A stretch of 64,000 nt of DNA from contig JBFWOS010000002.1 in the NCBI GenBank assembly GCA_050250375.1, forward strand, positions 453,149 to 517,148, in the 5' to 3' direction. The position numbers and the translations under genes are program-made. Shown one piece after another: positions 9,154 to 18,764 of this stretch. The number at the start of each line of letters is the position of its first letter. Positions within the stretch are counted from its first letter, which is position 1. Under the pieces are notes generated by a model, which saw only the letters and a program-made list of their open reading frames with translations, ran no database searches and had not been told where the DNA came from. The DNA comes from Candidatus Omnitrophota bacterium (GTDB taxonomy: Bacteria; Omnitrophota; Gorgyraeia; Zapsychrales; Zapsychraceae).

Positions 9154-10707
9154 TTATTCCGCTTTCTGGACGGTCACTTTATATCCGAATATCTGTATCG
9201 TTTCACGGAACTCCGGTTTGTTCCGGATGAAGACCAGTGAATTCTGGTCGGTGAACACCAGGTGCCAGTTGGGAGCGGCCGACAACTGCGCGGTTAAAAT
9301 GGATTTGGAGGCCAGCTTCTTGCTGAGGACCACGATATCGACGTTGTATTGGTTCAGGACCGTCTGCCATTCTTCTGTTCCGGCCAGGAGCCGGTAATAA
9401 GTGTCGTAAATAATATCTCCGAAGGCCGTGTAGCGGCCGTGCATAAAGATTTTATTGTCCGGGTACAGGTCGAACGCCAGGAATCCGCCCCAGTTGATAT
9501 CATTAAAGATATTCCCTTTGAGTTTATTGGCTTTGATAAAATTCGCGGCCCCGTAAGGCTGCATGTCCTTATTGACCCCGTAACCGAACTGGAATTTTTT
9601 CATTTGGGGATGATTGGATGTTAATACCAGCAGGATCAGTCCGAGGGAAACCGCCGCAACCAGGATGCGGTTAGTGAACAATTTTTTCATCCCTTCGGAA
9701 AATTTGGTGTCCGTCAGTAATAGGCTGATTTGCTGGATGATGACGGGCGCCGCCAGGATCGCGAATTCAGCAAAGAAACGGACCATCTTTAGTCCCAAAG
9801 ATGCGGCCATCAAAAAGACCAGCAGATCAAAGATATCGATTTTACGGATCGTGGCAAAGATTACCGCGGTATAAAACGTCAGCGTGAACCAGAACAACGG
9901 AAACAGCTGGTAAGGAAGATCCCTCGGCGGCAGGCATTCCAGCACCCGGTATTTGAGCGCCATATATGTGGCCTCCAGCGGCATGGTAAAAAATTCAAAA
10001 CCGGCCGGAGTGAACACGCAGGCCAGCGCGGACAGCCCCAGGACCGCCCCCAGGTGGTTCACCATTTTCTGGGTCACCGGATGTTTCAGGTTTCCGTCGA
10101 ATAAACTTGGAATATAAAGGGCCATGGCCGCCGCAACCAGATATGTCCCCAGCAGGATCAGGCCGAGCAGGCTCCCGAAATGCAGGTTCGTCCACACAAA
10201 CATCAGCGGGACCACAAACCAGAGGCTTTCCCTCTTCCCTATCTTAAAAGCGTACAGCTGTGTTGATAAATAAGCGATCAGGGCGAACGAAAATACCTGC
10301 GGCCGGACGGTCAGGCGGAAGCGGCACAAAAAAATGGTCAGTAAAAGGATCCAGAACAAAGCGTACACGTTTGCCCCCCGGCAGAGCATGTGTCTCCAGA
10401 TGATCAAAAGGATCAACGCGACCAGCACGGTCTTGACTGTAATCATCCCGGCAAATCCGCTGACCATGTAGATCAGGTACATCACCGGTTCAATCAGCCA
10501 TTCCTGGTTGATGTAAGGCATCCCGGAAACACTGAACGACAGGTGGTCAATGATTTTTAAGGTCGGATTTTCCAGCCAGACCTTTCCATCAATTAACAAG
10601 AGCCACAGGTCGTACGTTTTGATCTTGAACGTCGTCAACAGCCAGGTGCAGGCCATGAGCGTGAGGAACAAGAAACGGTGTGTGTGGGTGTTTTTGGCGT
10701 TTTGCAT
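9154..10707 (-). CDS. Polytopic membrane protein (possible GT-C-like glycosyltransferase)
   Basis: Many TM helices; D(L)W, EWL, RPQ, W.NLH.G and FN...WGG.L motifs typical of this uncharacterised family. Confidence 0.7.
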   Translation of the reverse strand: MQNAKNTHTHRFLFLTLMACTWLLTTFKIKTYDLWLLLIDGKVWLENPTLKIIDHLSFSVSGMPYINQEWLIEPVMYLIYMVSGFAGMITVKTVLVALILLIIWRHMLCRGANVYALFWILLLTIFLCRFRLTVRPQVFSFALIAYLSTQLYAFKIGKRESLWFVVPLMFVWTNLHFGSLLGLILLGTYLVAAAMALYIPSLFDGNLKHPVTQKMVNHLGAVLGLSALACVFTPAGFEFFTMPLEATYMALKYRVLECLPPRDLPYQLFPLFWFTLTFYTAVIFATIRKIDIFDLLVFLMAASLGLKMVRFFAEFAILAAPVIIQQISLLLTDTKFSEGMKKLFTNRILVAAVSLGLILLVLTSNHPQMKKFQFGYGVNKDMQPYGAANFIKANKLKGNIFNDINWGGFLAFDLYPDNKIFMHGRYTAFGDIIYDTYYRLLAGTEEWQTVLNQYNVDIVVLSKKLASKSILTAQLSAAPNWHLVFTDQNSLVFIRNKPEFRETIQIFGYKVTVQKAE

Positions 10708-10716
10708 GCGGATCGA

Positions 10717-10774
10717 GGGGGTAGAGATCAGGGACTAGGGACAGCTTTATCCCCAATCCCATATCCCTTGTCCC
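10717..10774. repeat. Inverted heptamer array (GA(T/C)nAGG / ATCCCnn)
   Basis: GATCAGG GACTAGG GACAG ... ATCCCCA ATCCCAT ATCCCTT GTCCC in the gap between cimA and the membrane gene. Confidence 0.6.
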
Positions 10775-10778
10775 TTTT

Positions 10779-12347
10779 TTATTTTTTCAAGTCCTTTAAT
10801 AATTTATACTCAATCGCGTCGGTCAGCGCTTCAAAGGAGGCCTCAATGATGTTTTCATGAACGCCGACGGTTGTCCAGGAATCGTGTTCGTCCTGGGATT
10901 CAATCAGGACCCGGACCTTCGCCCCTGTCCCTTCTTTGGTATCAAGCACGCGCACCTTATAGTCGGCCAGGCGCATTTCTTCCAGTTTGGGATAAAATGG
11001 CGTCAGGGCCAGGCGCAGGGCTTTGTCCAGCGCGTCGACCGGACCGTCCCCCTGGACCGCGGCGTATTTTTCTTCGCCTTCAACGCTGAGCCGCACGGTC
11101 GCTTCAGCGAACACCCGTCCGTCCAGGCGTTTCTCGGAGTACGTGCGGAAACTTTCCAGTTTATAAAACGGTTTGTATTTTTTCAGCTGGCGTTTCAGGA
11201 ACAGTTCGAAGGAAGCGTCTGCCGCCTCAAACTGGTAGCCGCCGTGTTCCTTGGCCTGCAATTGTTTCATCAGTTTTTTAGTCTGCGCTGATTTTTTGTC
11301 CAGCACCACATCCATCTGCTGGGCCTTGGTGACGATCGGCATCTTTCCGGCCAGTTCCGAGGTGATGAACCTGCGGTGGTTCCCGACCAGATCAGGGTTG
11401 ATGTGTTCGTAGGCCAGCGGATTTTTCATCATCGCGTCAATGTGCACCCCGCCCTTGTGCGCGAAGGCCGAGTGGCCGATGAACGCGGCGTTGTTCGGGA
11501 TGATGCTGTTGGAAATCTCGCTGATGAAATAACAGGTGTCCATCAGTTTGTCCAGGCTCGATTTCGGGACGCATTCCAGTTTCATTTTGGTCTGCAGGAT
11601 GCCGATGATCGTCGCGAGATTGGCGTTGCCGCAGCGCTCGCCCAGGCCGTTAAATGTTCCCTGGATCTGCATGCAACCGGCCTCAACTGCCGCGATCGAA
11701 TTCGCCACGCCCATTTCCATATCATGGTGGCAGTGGATCCCCAGGTTTACGTCAAAATGATGTTTGATGCTGCTGATAATTTTATAAACTTCACTCGGGA
11801 GCGTCCCGCCGTTGGTGTCGCAGAAAATGATGCAGTCGGCTCCGGCCTCCTGCGCGGTCAGGACGGTCTTAAGCGCGTATTCCGGATTGTTCTTGAACCC
11901 GTCAAAGAAATGTTCGGCGTCGTAGAAGACTTCTTTCTTTTGTTTTTTCAGATAATGGACAGAGTCGTAGATCATCCGGATGTTTTCTTCCAGGGATGTC
12001 TTGATCACATCGGTCACGTGCAGGTCCCAGGACTTGCCGAAGATGCAGATCGTTTTGGTCCCGGACTGGATCAGCGCCCGGATATTGGCGTCTTTGGCCG
12101 TCGGGGTTTTGGCCCGGCGTGTCGAACCGAAGGCCGTGATGACGGCGTTCTTCAGCTTTTTGCCTTTGAAGTGCGCGAAATATTCCTTGTCTTTAGGGTT
12201 GGACCCGGGCCATCCGCCTTCAATATAATGCACCCCCAGGTCATCCAGCTTGTGGGTGATCTTGATCTTGTCGTTAACGGTGTAACTGACCCCTTCCGTC
12301 TGGCTTCCGTCCCGTAAGGTCGTGTCGTATATGATGATCCTTTGCAT
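10779..12347 (-). CDS. cimA: Citramalate synthase
   Basis: YDTTLRDGSQTEG, IEGGWPGSNPKD, FYDAEHFFDG, GERCGNANL, AFAHKGGVH; LeuA-type regulatory C-terminal domain. Confidence 0.92.
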   Translation of the reverse strand: MQRIIIYDTTLRDGSQTEGVSYTVNDKIKITHKLDDLGVHYIEGGWPGSNPKDKEYFAHFKGKKLKNAVITAFGSTRRAKTPTAKDANIRALIQSGTKTICIFGKSWDLHVTDVIKTSLEENIRMIYDSVHYLKKQKKEVFYDAEHFFDGFKNNPEYALKTVLTAQEAGADCIIFCDTNGGTLPSEVYKIISSIKHHFDVNLGIHCHHDMEMGVANSIAAVEAGCMQIQGTFNGLGERCGNANLATIIGILQTKMKLECVPKSSLDKLMDTCYFISEISNSIIPNNAAFIGHSAFAHKGGVHIDAMMKNPLAYEHINPDLVGNHRRFITSELAGKMPIVTKAQQMDVVLDKKSAQTKKLMKQLQAKEHGGYQFEAADASFELFLKRQLKKYKPFYKLESFRTYSEKRLDGRVFAEATVRLSVEGEEKYAAVQGDGPVDALDKALRLALTPFYPKLEEMRLADYKVRVLDTKEGTGAKVRVLIESQDEHDSWTTVGVHENIIEASFEALTDAIEYKLLKDLKK

Positions 12348-12429
12348 AATAATCCTTATTTTTTGATGTAACCCGTGACCGTCTCATTTTGCTGATCCGA
12401 ATCCCCGGTAACAGGCCCCCTCTGGGGTT

Positions 12430-13656
12430 TTATTTAATTTTATCCAGCTCAAACGCTTTATGCAGCGCCTGCGTGGCCTTCTCGGCGGCTTTGGCGTTGA
12501 TGATACACGAAATGCTGATCTCGGATGTTGAAATCATTTCAATATTGACTTTAAGTTTCGCCAGGGTATCAAACATCTTGGCGGCAATTCCGTTATGTGA
12601 ACGCATCCCTGAACCGATGATGGAAACGCGGGCAATATTATCCGTGGATGTGACCTGTCCGGCCTTGATTTTCTTGGCCACATTATTCGAGGCCTCCAGG
12701 GCCTTGGCCAGTTCCTTTTTCGGCACGGTGAAGGAGATGTCCGTCAGTCCGGTGTTCGACACATTCTGGACGATGATGTCGACGTTAACGCCTTTTTTGG
12801 AGATCTCGGTAAAAATACTGGCCGCGATCCCGGTCTGGTCCGGAACGGCGTGAATGGTGATCTTGGCCTCGGATGAATTGCTGGTAATGCCGCGGACGGC
12901 GATATCTTCTATTTTCGGGGTATCTTTGACTATCATGGTTCCTTCCTCCTTGGAAAAGCTTGATCTCACATGGATCGGCACATTAAAACGTTTGGCGACT
13001 TCAATGGAACGGGCCTGCATGACCTGCGCGCCCAGCGAAGCCATCTCGAGCATTTCTTCAAACGTGATGGTTTTAATTTTTCGGGCATCCTTCACCTTGC
13101 GCGGATCGGTGGTAAAGATGCCGGTGACATCGGTATAAATTTCGCAGACCTTGGCTTTTAAGGCGACGGCCAGCGCCACCGCTGTCAGGTCTGACCCGCC
13201 GCGGCCGAGCGTCGTGATTTCATCATCCTCCGTAATCCCCTGATAACCGGCTACGATCACGATCTTGTTCTGCTGATGCGCTTTTTTAATACGCGGCGAT
13301 TCAATGGAAATGACCCGGGCCTTGGTGTGGGACTTGTCCGTCCTGATCCCGACCTGGGGACCGGTAAAGGCAATGGCGTCGAGCCCCAGCGCCTTGATGG
13401 CCATCGCCAGCAGTGCGGATGAAATCTGTTCGCCGGTCGACATCAAAAGGTCCATCTCCCGGTCCGGCGGGTTAGGGCAAAGTTTGAAGGCCATTTCTTC
13501 CAGTTCATCGGTGGTGTCGCCTAACGCGGAAACGACCACGACCAGATTGTTCGTTTTTGTTTTTGAGTCGACGATCCGCTGGGCCACGTTCTTGATCCGG
13601 TCAATATTCGCGACAGAAGAACCGCCGAATTTTAGGACAACAATGTGTTTCTTCAT
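12430..13656 (-). CDS. lysC: Aspartate kinase
   Basis: VLKFGGSSV, TTLGRGGSDLTA, two ACT domains; start MKKHIVV with RBS AAGGAAG. Confidence 0.95.
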   Translation of the reverse strand: MKKHIVVLKFGGSSVANIDRIKNVAQRIVDSKTKTNNLVVVVSALGDTTDELEEMAFKLCPNPPDREMDLLMSTGEQISSALLAMAIKALGLDAIAFTGPQVGIRTDKSHTKARVISIESPRIKKAHQQNKIVIVAGYQGITEDDEITTLGRGGSDLTAVALAVALKAKVCEIYTDVTGIFTTDPRKVKDARKIKTITFEEMLEMASLGAQVMQARSIEVAKRFNVPIHVRSSFSKEEGTMIVKDTPKIEDIAVRGITSNSSEAKITIHAVPDQTGIAASIFTEISKKGVNVDIIVQNVSNTGLTDISFTVPKKELAKALEASNNVAKKIKAGQVTSTDNIARVSIIGSGMRSHNGIAAKMFDTLAKLKVNIEMISTSEISISCIINAKAAEKATQALHKAFELDKIK

Positions 13657-13681
13657 CTTAACGTAACTTCCTTTCTTGTCT

Positions 13682-13745
13682 GACACAAAGTCACAAGGTC
13701 ACAAGTCACACACTCATGTGTCATGTGACGTGTGTCGTGTGACCT
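13682..13745. repeat. Inverted GTCACA(A/C) heptamer array
   Basis: GACACAA A GTCACAA G GTCACAA GTCACAC ... GTGTCAT GTGACGT GTGTCGT GTGACCT. Confidence 0.8.
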
Positions 13746-14948
13746 TTATAAATTTTTCTTAATAAAATATTCAATCATTTCTTCCCCGCTCTTAAACTTG
13801 ATCCCGATTTCCTGCGTGGACGTTTCGGTATAAAGATCCGCGCCGTTGGGCTGAATCCCGTGTCCGTACATCACGAACCCGACCGGTTCATGGGTATGGG
13901 TGCGCAATTCAACCGGAGTCGGATGGTCCGGCAAAACAAGAATGCGGGCATCCGGGTGATTTCCGAAATGGTTCAGAACGGATCCGACAATATGTTTGTC
14001 GACATTTTCGATCGCCTCAATCTTGGCCTTGACGTCTCCGTTATGACCGGCCTCATCCGGGGCTTCAATATGGATGTAGACATAATCATGCCGGGTCAAG
14101 GACTGGATGGCGTATTCGGCCTTGCCTTTGTAATTGGTGTCGTAATATCCGGTTGCCCCGGGCACATCAATGACCTCGAGCCCGGCCAGCCGTCCCAGGC
14201 CATTCACGAGATCCACCGCCGAGATCATTGAGCCGCTAATTCCGAATTTTTCCTTGAACGGAACAAGAATCGGTTTGGTCCCCTGGCCCCACAGCCAGAT
14301 CATCGTGGCCGGATTTTCTTTCAGGTCAACGCGCACCTGGTTGACGGGGTTTTCGGCGAAAATGGTCTTGGACTGTTCCATGATGTCCAGCAGTTTTCCG
14401 GCGAACTGGCCCGCGGGCAGAAATTTTTTAATAGGTTTGTCAATGATATCATGCGGCGGAACCGTCTTGACGGCCAGGAACGCGGGCGGATTCGCGGACT
14501 TGAGCACCATGATATGCCGGTAACTTTTTCCGGGATAAAAGGTCACGTCTTTATCCGTCACCTGGTTCTTAAGCGCTTCAATCAGGATCGCCGCCTCATC
14601 GGTGCGGATGTGTCCGGCGCTGTAATCCTCCATCATTCCGTTCATTTCCGTAATCAGGTTGCAGCGAAACGCGATCTCGTCATCCTTCAGGTCAATGCCC
14701 AGGTTGGCCGCTTCCAGCGGTGAACGCCCGGTCAGGCAGTACTCCGGATTGTAGCCCAGGATGGCCATGTTTCCGACGTCGGAACCGGGCGGGAGTTTAT
14801 CGGGGATGGTCTGCACCAGCCCGCTCATCCCGTTTTTGGCCATGTGGTCCATGTTGGGCGTGCGCGCCACTTCCAGCGGCGTGCGGTTATCCAGGTTTTC
14901 TACCGGATGGTCAAACATACCATCCGGGACGATGACAACATATTTCAT
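13746..14948 (-). CDS. apgM: Cofactor-independent phosphoglycerate mutase (ApgM/AlkP superfamily; possibly homoserine kinase role given the operon)
   Basis: DGMFD, TPLEVARTPNMD, PGSDVGN, HIEAPDEAGH, PDHPTP..RTH metal-binding motifs. Confidence 0.88.
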   Translation of the reverse strand: MKYVVIVPDGMFDHPVENLDNRTPLEVARTPNMDHMAKNGMSGLVQTIPDKLPPGSDVGNMAILGYNPEYCLTGRSPLEAANLGIDLKDDEIAFRCNLITEMNGMMEDYSAGHIRTDEAAILIEALKNQVTDKDVTFYPGKSYRHIMVLKSANPPAFLAVKTVPPHDIIDKPIKKFLPAGQFAGKLLDIMEQSKTIFAENPVNQVRVDLKENPATMIWLWGQGTKPILVPFKEKFGISGSMISAVDLVNGLGRLAGLEVIDVPGATGYYDTNYKGKAEYAIQSLTRHDYVYIHIEAPDEAGHNGDVKAKIEAIENVDKHIVGSVLNHFGNHPDARILVLPDHPTPVELRTHTHEPVGFVMYGHGIQPNGADLYTETSTQEIGIKFKSGEEMIEYFIKKNL

Positions 14949-15592
14949 AATCGGCCTTCCACAATATCAAGCAGTTGATCGACCACCCCGCTGCGGGTGG
15001 TCCCGCTGCTGAGGATCTTGTCCTGTTCAACGACAAATCCCAGATAATTTTGTTCTTTGAGCGTGTTGGCCACCACCAGATCGCAAAAGGCCTCGGTAAA
15101 TAATCCCCGGGTCGACTTGAGAGCGATCTTTTCCGTCATATCCGACTCCAGCTTGAAACCCACGATCAGTGATTTCGGGCTGACCTTGCGGATGGAACGG
15201 ATCAGCTTCGGTAACGGGATCAGGTTCAGGGTGATGTTTGGTTCGTCCGACTTGATCTTTTTTTTCAGCGGGTTTTTGATCGTGTAATCGCTGACAGCGG
15301 CCGCGTGAAAGATCACGTCATAATGTTTTTTTTCTTCAACGAGCTCGTGGCGGATGATCCGCATTAAGTCCGTGTAATATTTAAACGGTTTGACCACGAT
15401 CCCGTTTGATTCCATCCGGCGTTCGACCGGACCTTCAACCAGGGTGACTTTGGCCCCGCGTTTTTTGCATTTGAGCGCGAGGGTCTGCCCCAGTTCTCCG
15501 GTGGAGATGTTGCTGATGACCCGGACATCGTCGATCGGGACCCAGGTGGGCCCGCAGGTGATCAGAACAGATTTATTTTTCAGAGTATTCAT
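14945..15592 (-). CDS. coaB: Phosphopantothenate--cysteine ligase domain (stand-alone CoaB/DFP C-terminal)
   Basis: VLITCGPTWVPIDDVRVISNISTG, HAAAVSDY, VGFKLE, VVAN. Confidence 0.85.
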   Translation of the reverse strand: MNTLKNKSVLITCGPTWVPIDDVRVISNISTGELGQTLALKCKKRGAKVTLVEGPVERRMESNGIVVKPFKYYTDLMRIIRHELVEEKKHYDVIFHAAAVSDYTIKNPLKKKIKSDEPNITLNLIPLPKLIRSIRKVSPKSLIVGFKLESDMTEKIALKSTRGLFTEAFCDLVVANTLKEQNYLGFVVEQDKILSSGTTRSGVVDQLLDIVEGRL

Positions 15593-15597
15593 ATTTA

Positions 15598-15655
15598 GAC
15601 ACAGGATACATGTCACACGTCACATGTGTCGTTGTGACCTGTGACCTTGTGACGT
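15598..15655. repeat. Second GTCACA heptamer element, opposite orientation to 13682-13745
   Basis: Reverse complement reads GTCACAAGGTCACAGGTCACAACGACACATGTGACGTGTGAC. Confidence 0.8.
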
Positions 15656-16714
15656 TTATAGTCCGATTTCTTTCAACACCGCCAGGATATCCGCCTCCAC
15701 CGTCACCGGTTTGCCGATGGCATTGATCGCCGTGTTCGGATCTTTTAATCCGTGCCCGGTCAGCGTGCACACCAGGGTCGCCTCCTGGTCATTCTTAAAA
15801 TATCCGCGTTTGTGCAGTTTTAAAACTCCAGCGACGCTGGCCGCGGACGCCGGTTCGCAAAAGACCCCGCTGAAGGCGGCCAGGATCTGGTAGGCCTCCA
15901 GGATTTCTTCATCCGTCACGGCCTCAATCAAACCGCCGGATTCGTCCCGGGCGGCGACCGCCTGTTTCCAGCTGGCCGGATTGCCGATACGGATGGCGGT
16001 GGCGATGGTTTCCGGTTTTTCGATAATCTTGTTATGCACGATCGGCGCCGCTCCGGCGGCCTGAAACCCGAGCATTTTCGGCAGGCGTTCGCTGAGACTG
16101 GCCTGCTCATATTCGTTGTAACCTTTCCAGTACGCAGTGATGTTGCCGGCGTTCCCGACCGGGATCGCGTGAAAATGCGGCGCGTCACCCAGTGCGTCGC
16201 AGATCTCAAAAGCCGCGGTCTTCTGTCCTTCAATCCGGTAAGGGTTGATGGAGTTGACCAGTTCCACCGGAAAATCATCCGCGATCTTTTTGACCAGGTT
16301 GAGCGCGTCATCAAAGTTGCCCTTGATCTGGATCACCTTGGCCTTGTGGATCATGGCCTGGGCCAGTTTACCGAGGGAAATATTTCCTTCAGGGATCAGG
16401 ACCACGCATTCCATCGTGCCGCTTTTGGCCGCGTACGCGGCGGCGGACGCGGAGGTGTTTCCGGTCGAGGCGCACATCACGACCTTGGCATTTTTTTCCT
16501 TGGCCATGGAGATCGCCATAGTCATCCCCCGGTCTTTGAATGAACCCGTCGGGTTAAGCCCTTCGTATTTGAGATACACATTCAGGCCGGTGCGTTTCGA
16601 CAAATCTTCGGAATAGATCAGCGGGGTGTTGCACTCCATCAGGCTCACAATGTTTTCATCTTTGATCTTCGGTAAAAATTTCCGGTATGTCCGGATCAGT
16701 CCCTGGTAACTCAT
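15656..16714 (-). CDS. thrC: Threonine synthase
   Basis: KYEGLNPTGSFKDRG (PLP lysine), CASTGNTSAS, PVGNAGNITA. Confidence 0.96.
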   Translation of the reverse strand: MSYQGLIRTYRKFLPKIKDENIVSLMECNTPLIYSEDLSKRTGLNVYLKYEGLNPTGSFKDRGMTMAISMAKEKNAKVVMCASTGNTSASAAAYAAKSGTMECVVLIPEGNISLGKLAQAMIHKAKVIQIKGNFDDALNLVKKIADDFPVELVNSINPYRIEGQKTAAFEICDALGDAPHFHAIPVGNAGNITAYWKGYNEYEQASLSERLPKMLGFQAAGAAPIVHNKIIEKPETIATAIRIGNPASWKQAVAARDESGGLIEAVTDEEILEAYQILAAFSGVFCEPASAASVAGVLKLHKRGYFKNDQEATLVCTLTGHGLKDPNTAINAIGKPVTVEADILAVLKEIGL

Positions 16715-18024
16715 TATAATTTCTCCATCCGGATCGCCACGGGTTTGCTTTTGACGCTGGCGAGTTTTTCGATTTTGTTTAACGCGCTTCGCAGGGCCTT
16801 TTCTGTGGTGTAATCGGTCAGCATGATAACCGGGACGGCCTTTAAATCAAGGTCATGCGCCTGCTGCGTCACTGAATTGATCCCGATCCCCGCGCGGCCC
16901 AGGATCCCGGTGACCTGCGACAGGACCCCCGGTTTATCGGCGGCCAGGATGCGGATATAAAATTTTGTTTCGATATGGTCGATGGTCTTCAGCCGGATCC
17001 CTTTGGCCTGCGAGTAACGGTTGCAATACAGCGGGTTGTTCGGCGCGTTCACGGAATTGATCAGGTCGGCGATCACCCCGCTCGCGGCGGCCATCTGCCC
17101 GGCGCCTTCCCCGGAGATCATCACATTGCCTAACGGTTCGGTGTTCAGATAAAACGCGTTAAAAATGCCGTGCACGGTAGACAAAGGATGGCTCTTTGAG
17201 ATCAGCGTCGGATGAACGCGGACTTCCAGGTTGCCTTTGGATTCTTTGGCAATCGCCAGCAATTTGATCGACAAATCAAGGCTTTCGGCATAGGTGATAT
17301 CAATATGGGAAATGTCCGTGATCCCTTCCGTATAGATTAATTTGACCGGAAGCATTTTGCCGAACGCGAGAAAAGTCAGGATGGCCAGCTTATGGGCCGT
17401 GTCCATCCCGTTGACATCCAGCGTCGGGTCGGACTCGGCGTACCCCCTGGCCTGCGCGTCTTTCAGGGCCTCGGCAAACGAACAATGCCGGGTGGTCATC
17501 TCATCCAGGATAAAATTGCACGTCCCGTTGATGATCCCGTACAGGCCTTTAAATGAGTTTCCGGCGATGGTCTCGGAAATTGTTTTGATGATCGGGATGC
17601 CGGCGCCGACCGCGGATTCAAAATAGATGTGCCGGCCGTGTTCCTGGGCCAGTTTGAATAATTCCAGTCCGTGATTGGCGATCAGGGCCTTGTTGGCCGT
17701 GATCACATCCTTGCCGTTTTTCAGGGCGCGTTCAACAATCTGTTTGGCCGGCTGTTTCCCGCCGATCAGTTCAATGACCAGATCGATTTTCGGATCGTCC
17801 AGGATATCGTTAAAATTTTTGGTCCGTTTGACCGCGCCCATTCCGGCCGTGCTTTTTTTATGGATGCTGCGGTCGCAGACCGCTAAAAGATGAAAATCCG
17901 CGCCGTATTTTTCTTTGTAGACGCTTTTGTTTTTTTTCAGGATCTGGGCGACCCCCTGGCCCACCACACCGTAACCGATCAGTCCGATATTGATGCGGTC
18001 GAAATTATTTCGCGGATTAGTCAT
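16714..18024 (-). CDS. hom: Homoserine dehydrogenase
   Basis: GYGVVG, VITANKAL, FESAVGAGIP, GIINGTCN, GYAESDP, C-terminal ACT domain. Confidence 0.96.
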   Translation of the reverse strand: MTNPRNNFDRINIGLIGYGVVGQGVAQILKKNKSVYKEKYGADFHLLAVCDRSIHKKSTAGMGAVKRTKNFNDILDDPKIDLVIELIGGKQPAKQIVERALKNGKDVITANKALIANHGLELFKLAQEHGRHIYFESAVGAGIPIIKTISETIAGNSFKGLYGIINGTCNFILDEMTTRHCSFAEALKDAQARGYAESDPTLDVNGMDTAHKLAILTFLAFGKMLPVKLIYTEGITDISHIDITYAESLDLSIKLLAIAKESKGNLEVRVHPTLISKSHPLSTVHGIFNAFYLNTEPLGNVMISGEGAGQMAAASGVIADLINSVNAPNNPLYCNRYSQAKGIRLKTIDHIETKFYIRILAADKPGVLSQVTGILGRAGIGINSVTQQAHDLDLKAVPVIMLTDYTTEKALRSALNKIEKLASVKSKPVAIRMEKL

Positions 18025-18403
18025 GGGGTGCTCCGTCAGAATTTTTAAAGAAGGCGATCAGTTTGTCCAGCACGACCGTGGCTTCCGTGTTCAGGTTATC
18101 AAACTCGAGCCGGGTTTCATAGATCATGTTCTTGACCTTTTCATTGCTGCCTCGCACGACCCCTTCAAGGATGGTGGTCCCGGTTATAAACGGGGTGTTG
18201 AGTTCGACCCCCATCCGGATTCCGATCTCAAACGGCTGGGCTGTGATAAAACACATCCCGCCCTGGCTGATATTTTTCAGCTGGGTGAGTTCCGTCTTGT
18301 TTTCCGGCGTCCTGACGTCAAAATAACGCAGCAGGAAGTTCTTTTTAAACCTCTTGTACCTGCGTTTTTCCGAAAAATCGTCCTGTTTTTTCTTGGGAAG
18401 CAT
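18017..18403 (-). CDS. PilZ-domain protein
   Basis: EKRRYKR (RxxxR) and NISQGG (D/NxSxxG) c-di-GMP-binding motifs. Confidence 0.85.
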   Translation of the reverse strand: MLPKKKQDDFSEKRRYKRFKKNFLLRYFDVRTPENKTELTQLKNISQGGMCFITAQPFEIGIRMGVELNTPFITGTTILEGVVRGSNEKVKNMIYETRLEFDNLNTEATVVLDKLIAFFKNSDGAPHD

Positions 18404-18521
18404 GTTGTGCTCCTTTTGTAATCAACATGAGCGGGGACCGGTGATCTGTAATCCGTGACCTTTTCCTGTCAGGTCCCTGGTCCCGTGTTGATGGGTCCCT
18501 TTAATCCTATTTATAGAAATA

Positions 18522-18595
18522 TCGGAGCGGTGAGATTCGAACTCACGACCACTTGTACCCCATACAAGTGCGCTAGCCAGCTGCGCTACGCCCCG
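18522..18595 (-). tRNA. tRNA-Pro (GGG)
   Basis: Reverse complement CGGGGCGTAGCGCAGCTGGCTAGCGCA-CTTGT AT GGG GT ACAAG-...GTTCGAATC...GCTCCGA; no encoded CCA. Confidence 0.95.
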
Positions 18596-18764
18596 GATAT
18601 GGAAAAAATTGAACGCAAAGTCTAAAATAAATCATATGTAACTATATATTATTATTTCTTTTAATACGAGGCATAATTATACAGTAAATGAATAAAATCG
18701 CAAAGTAAAAATCCAGCTTTAAAAAATATTAAATTCTTTAAGAATTCCGGTAAATTTATATATA

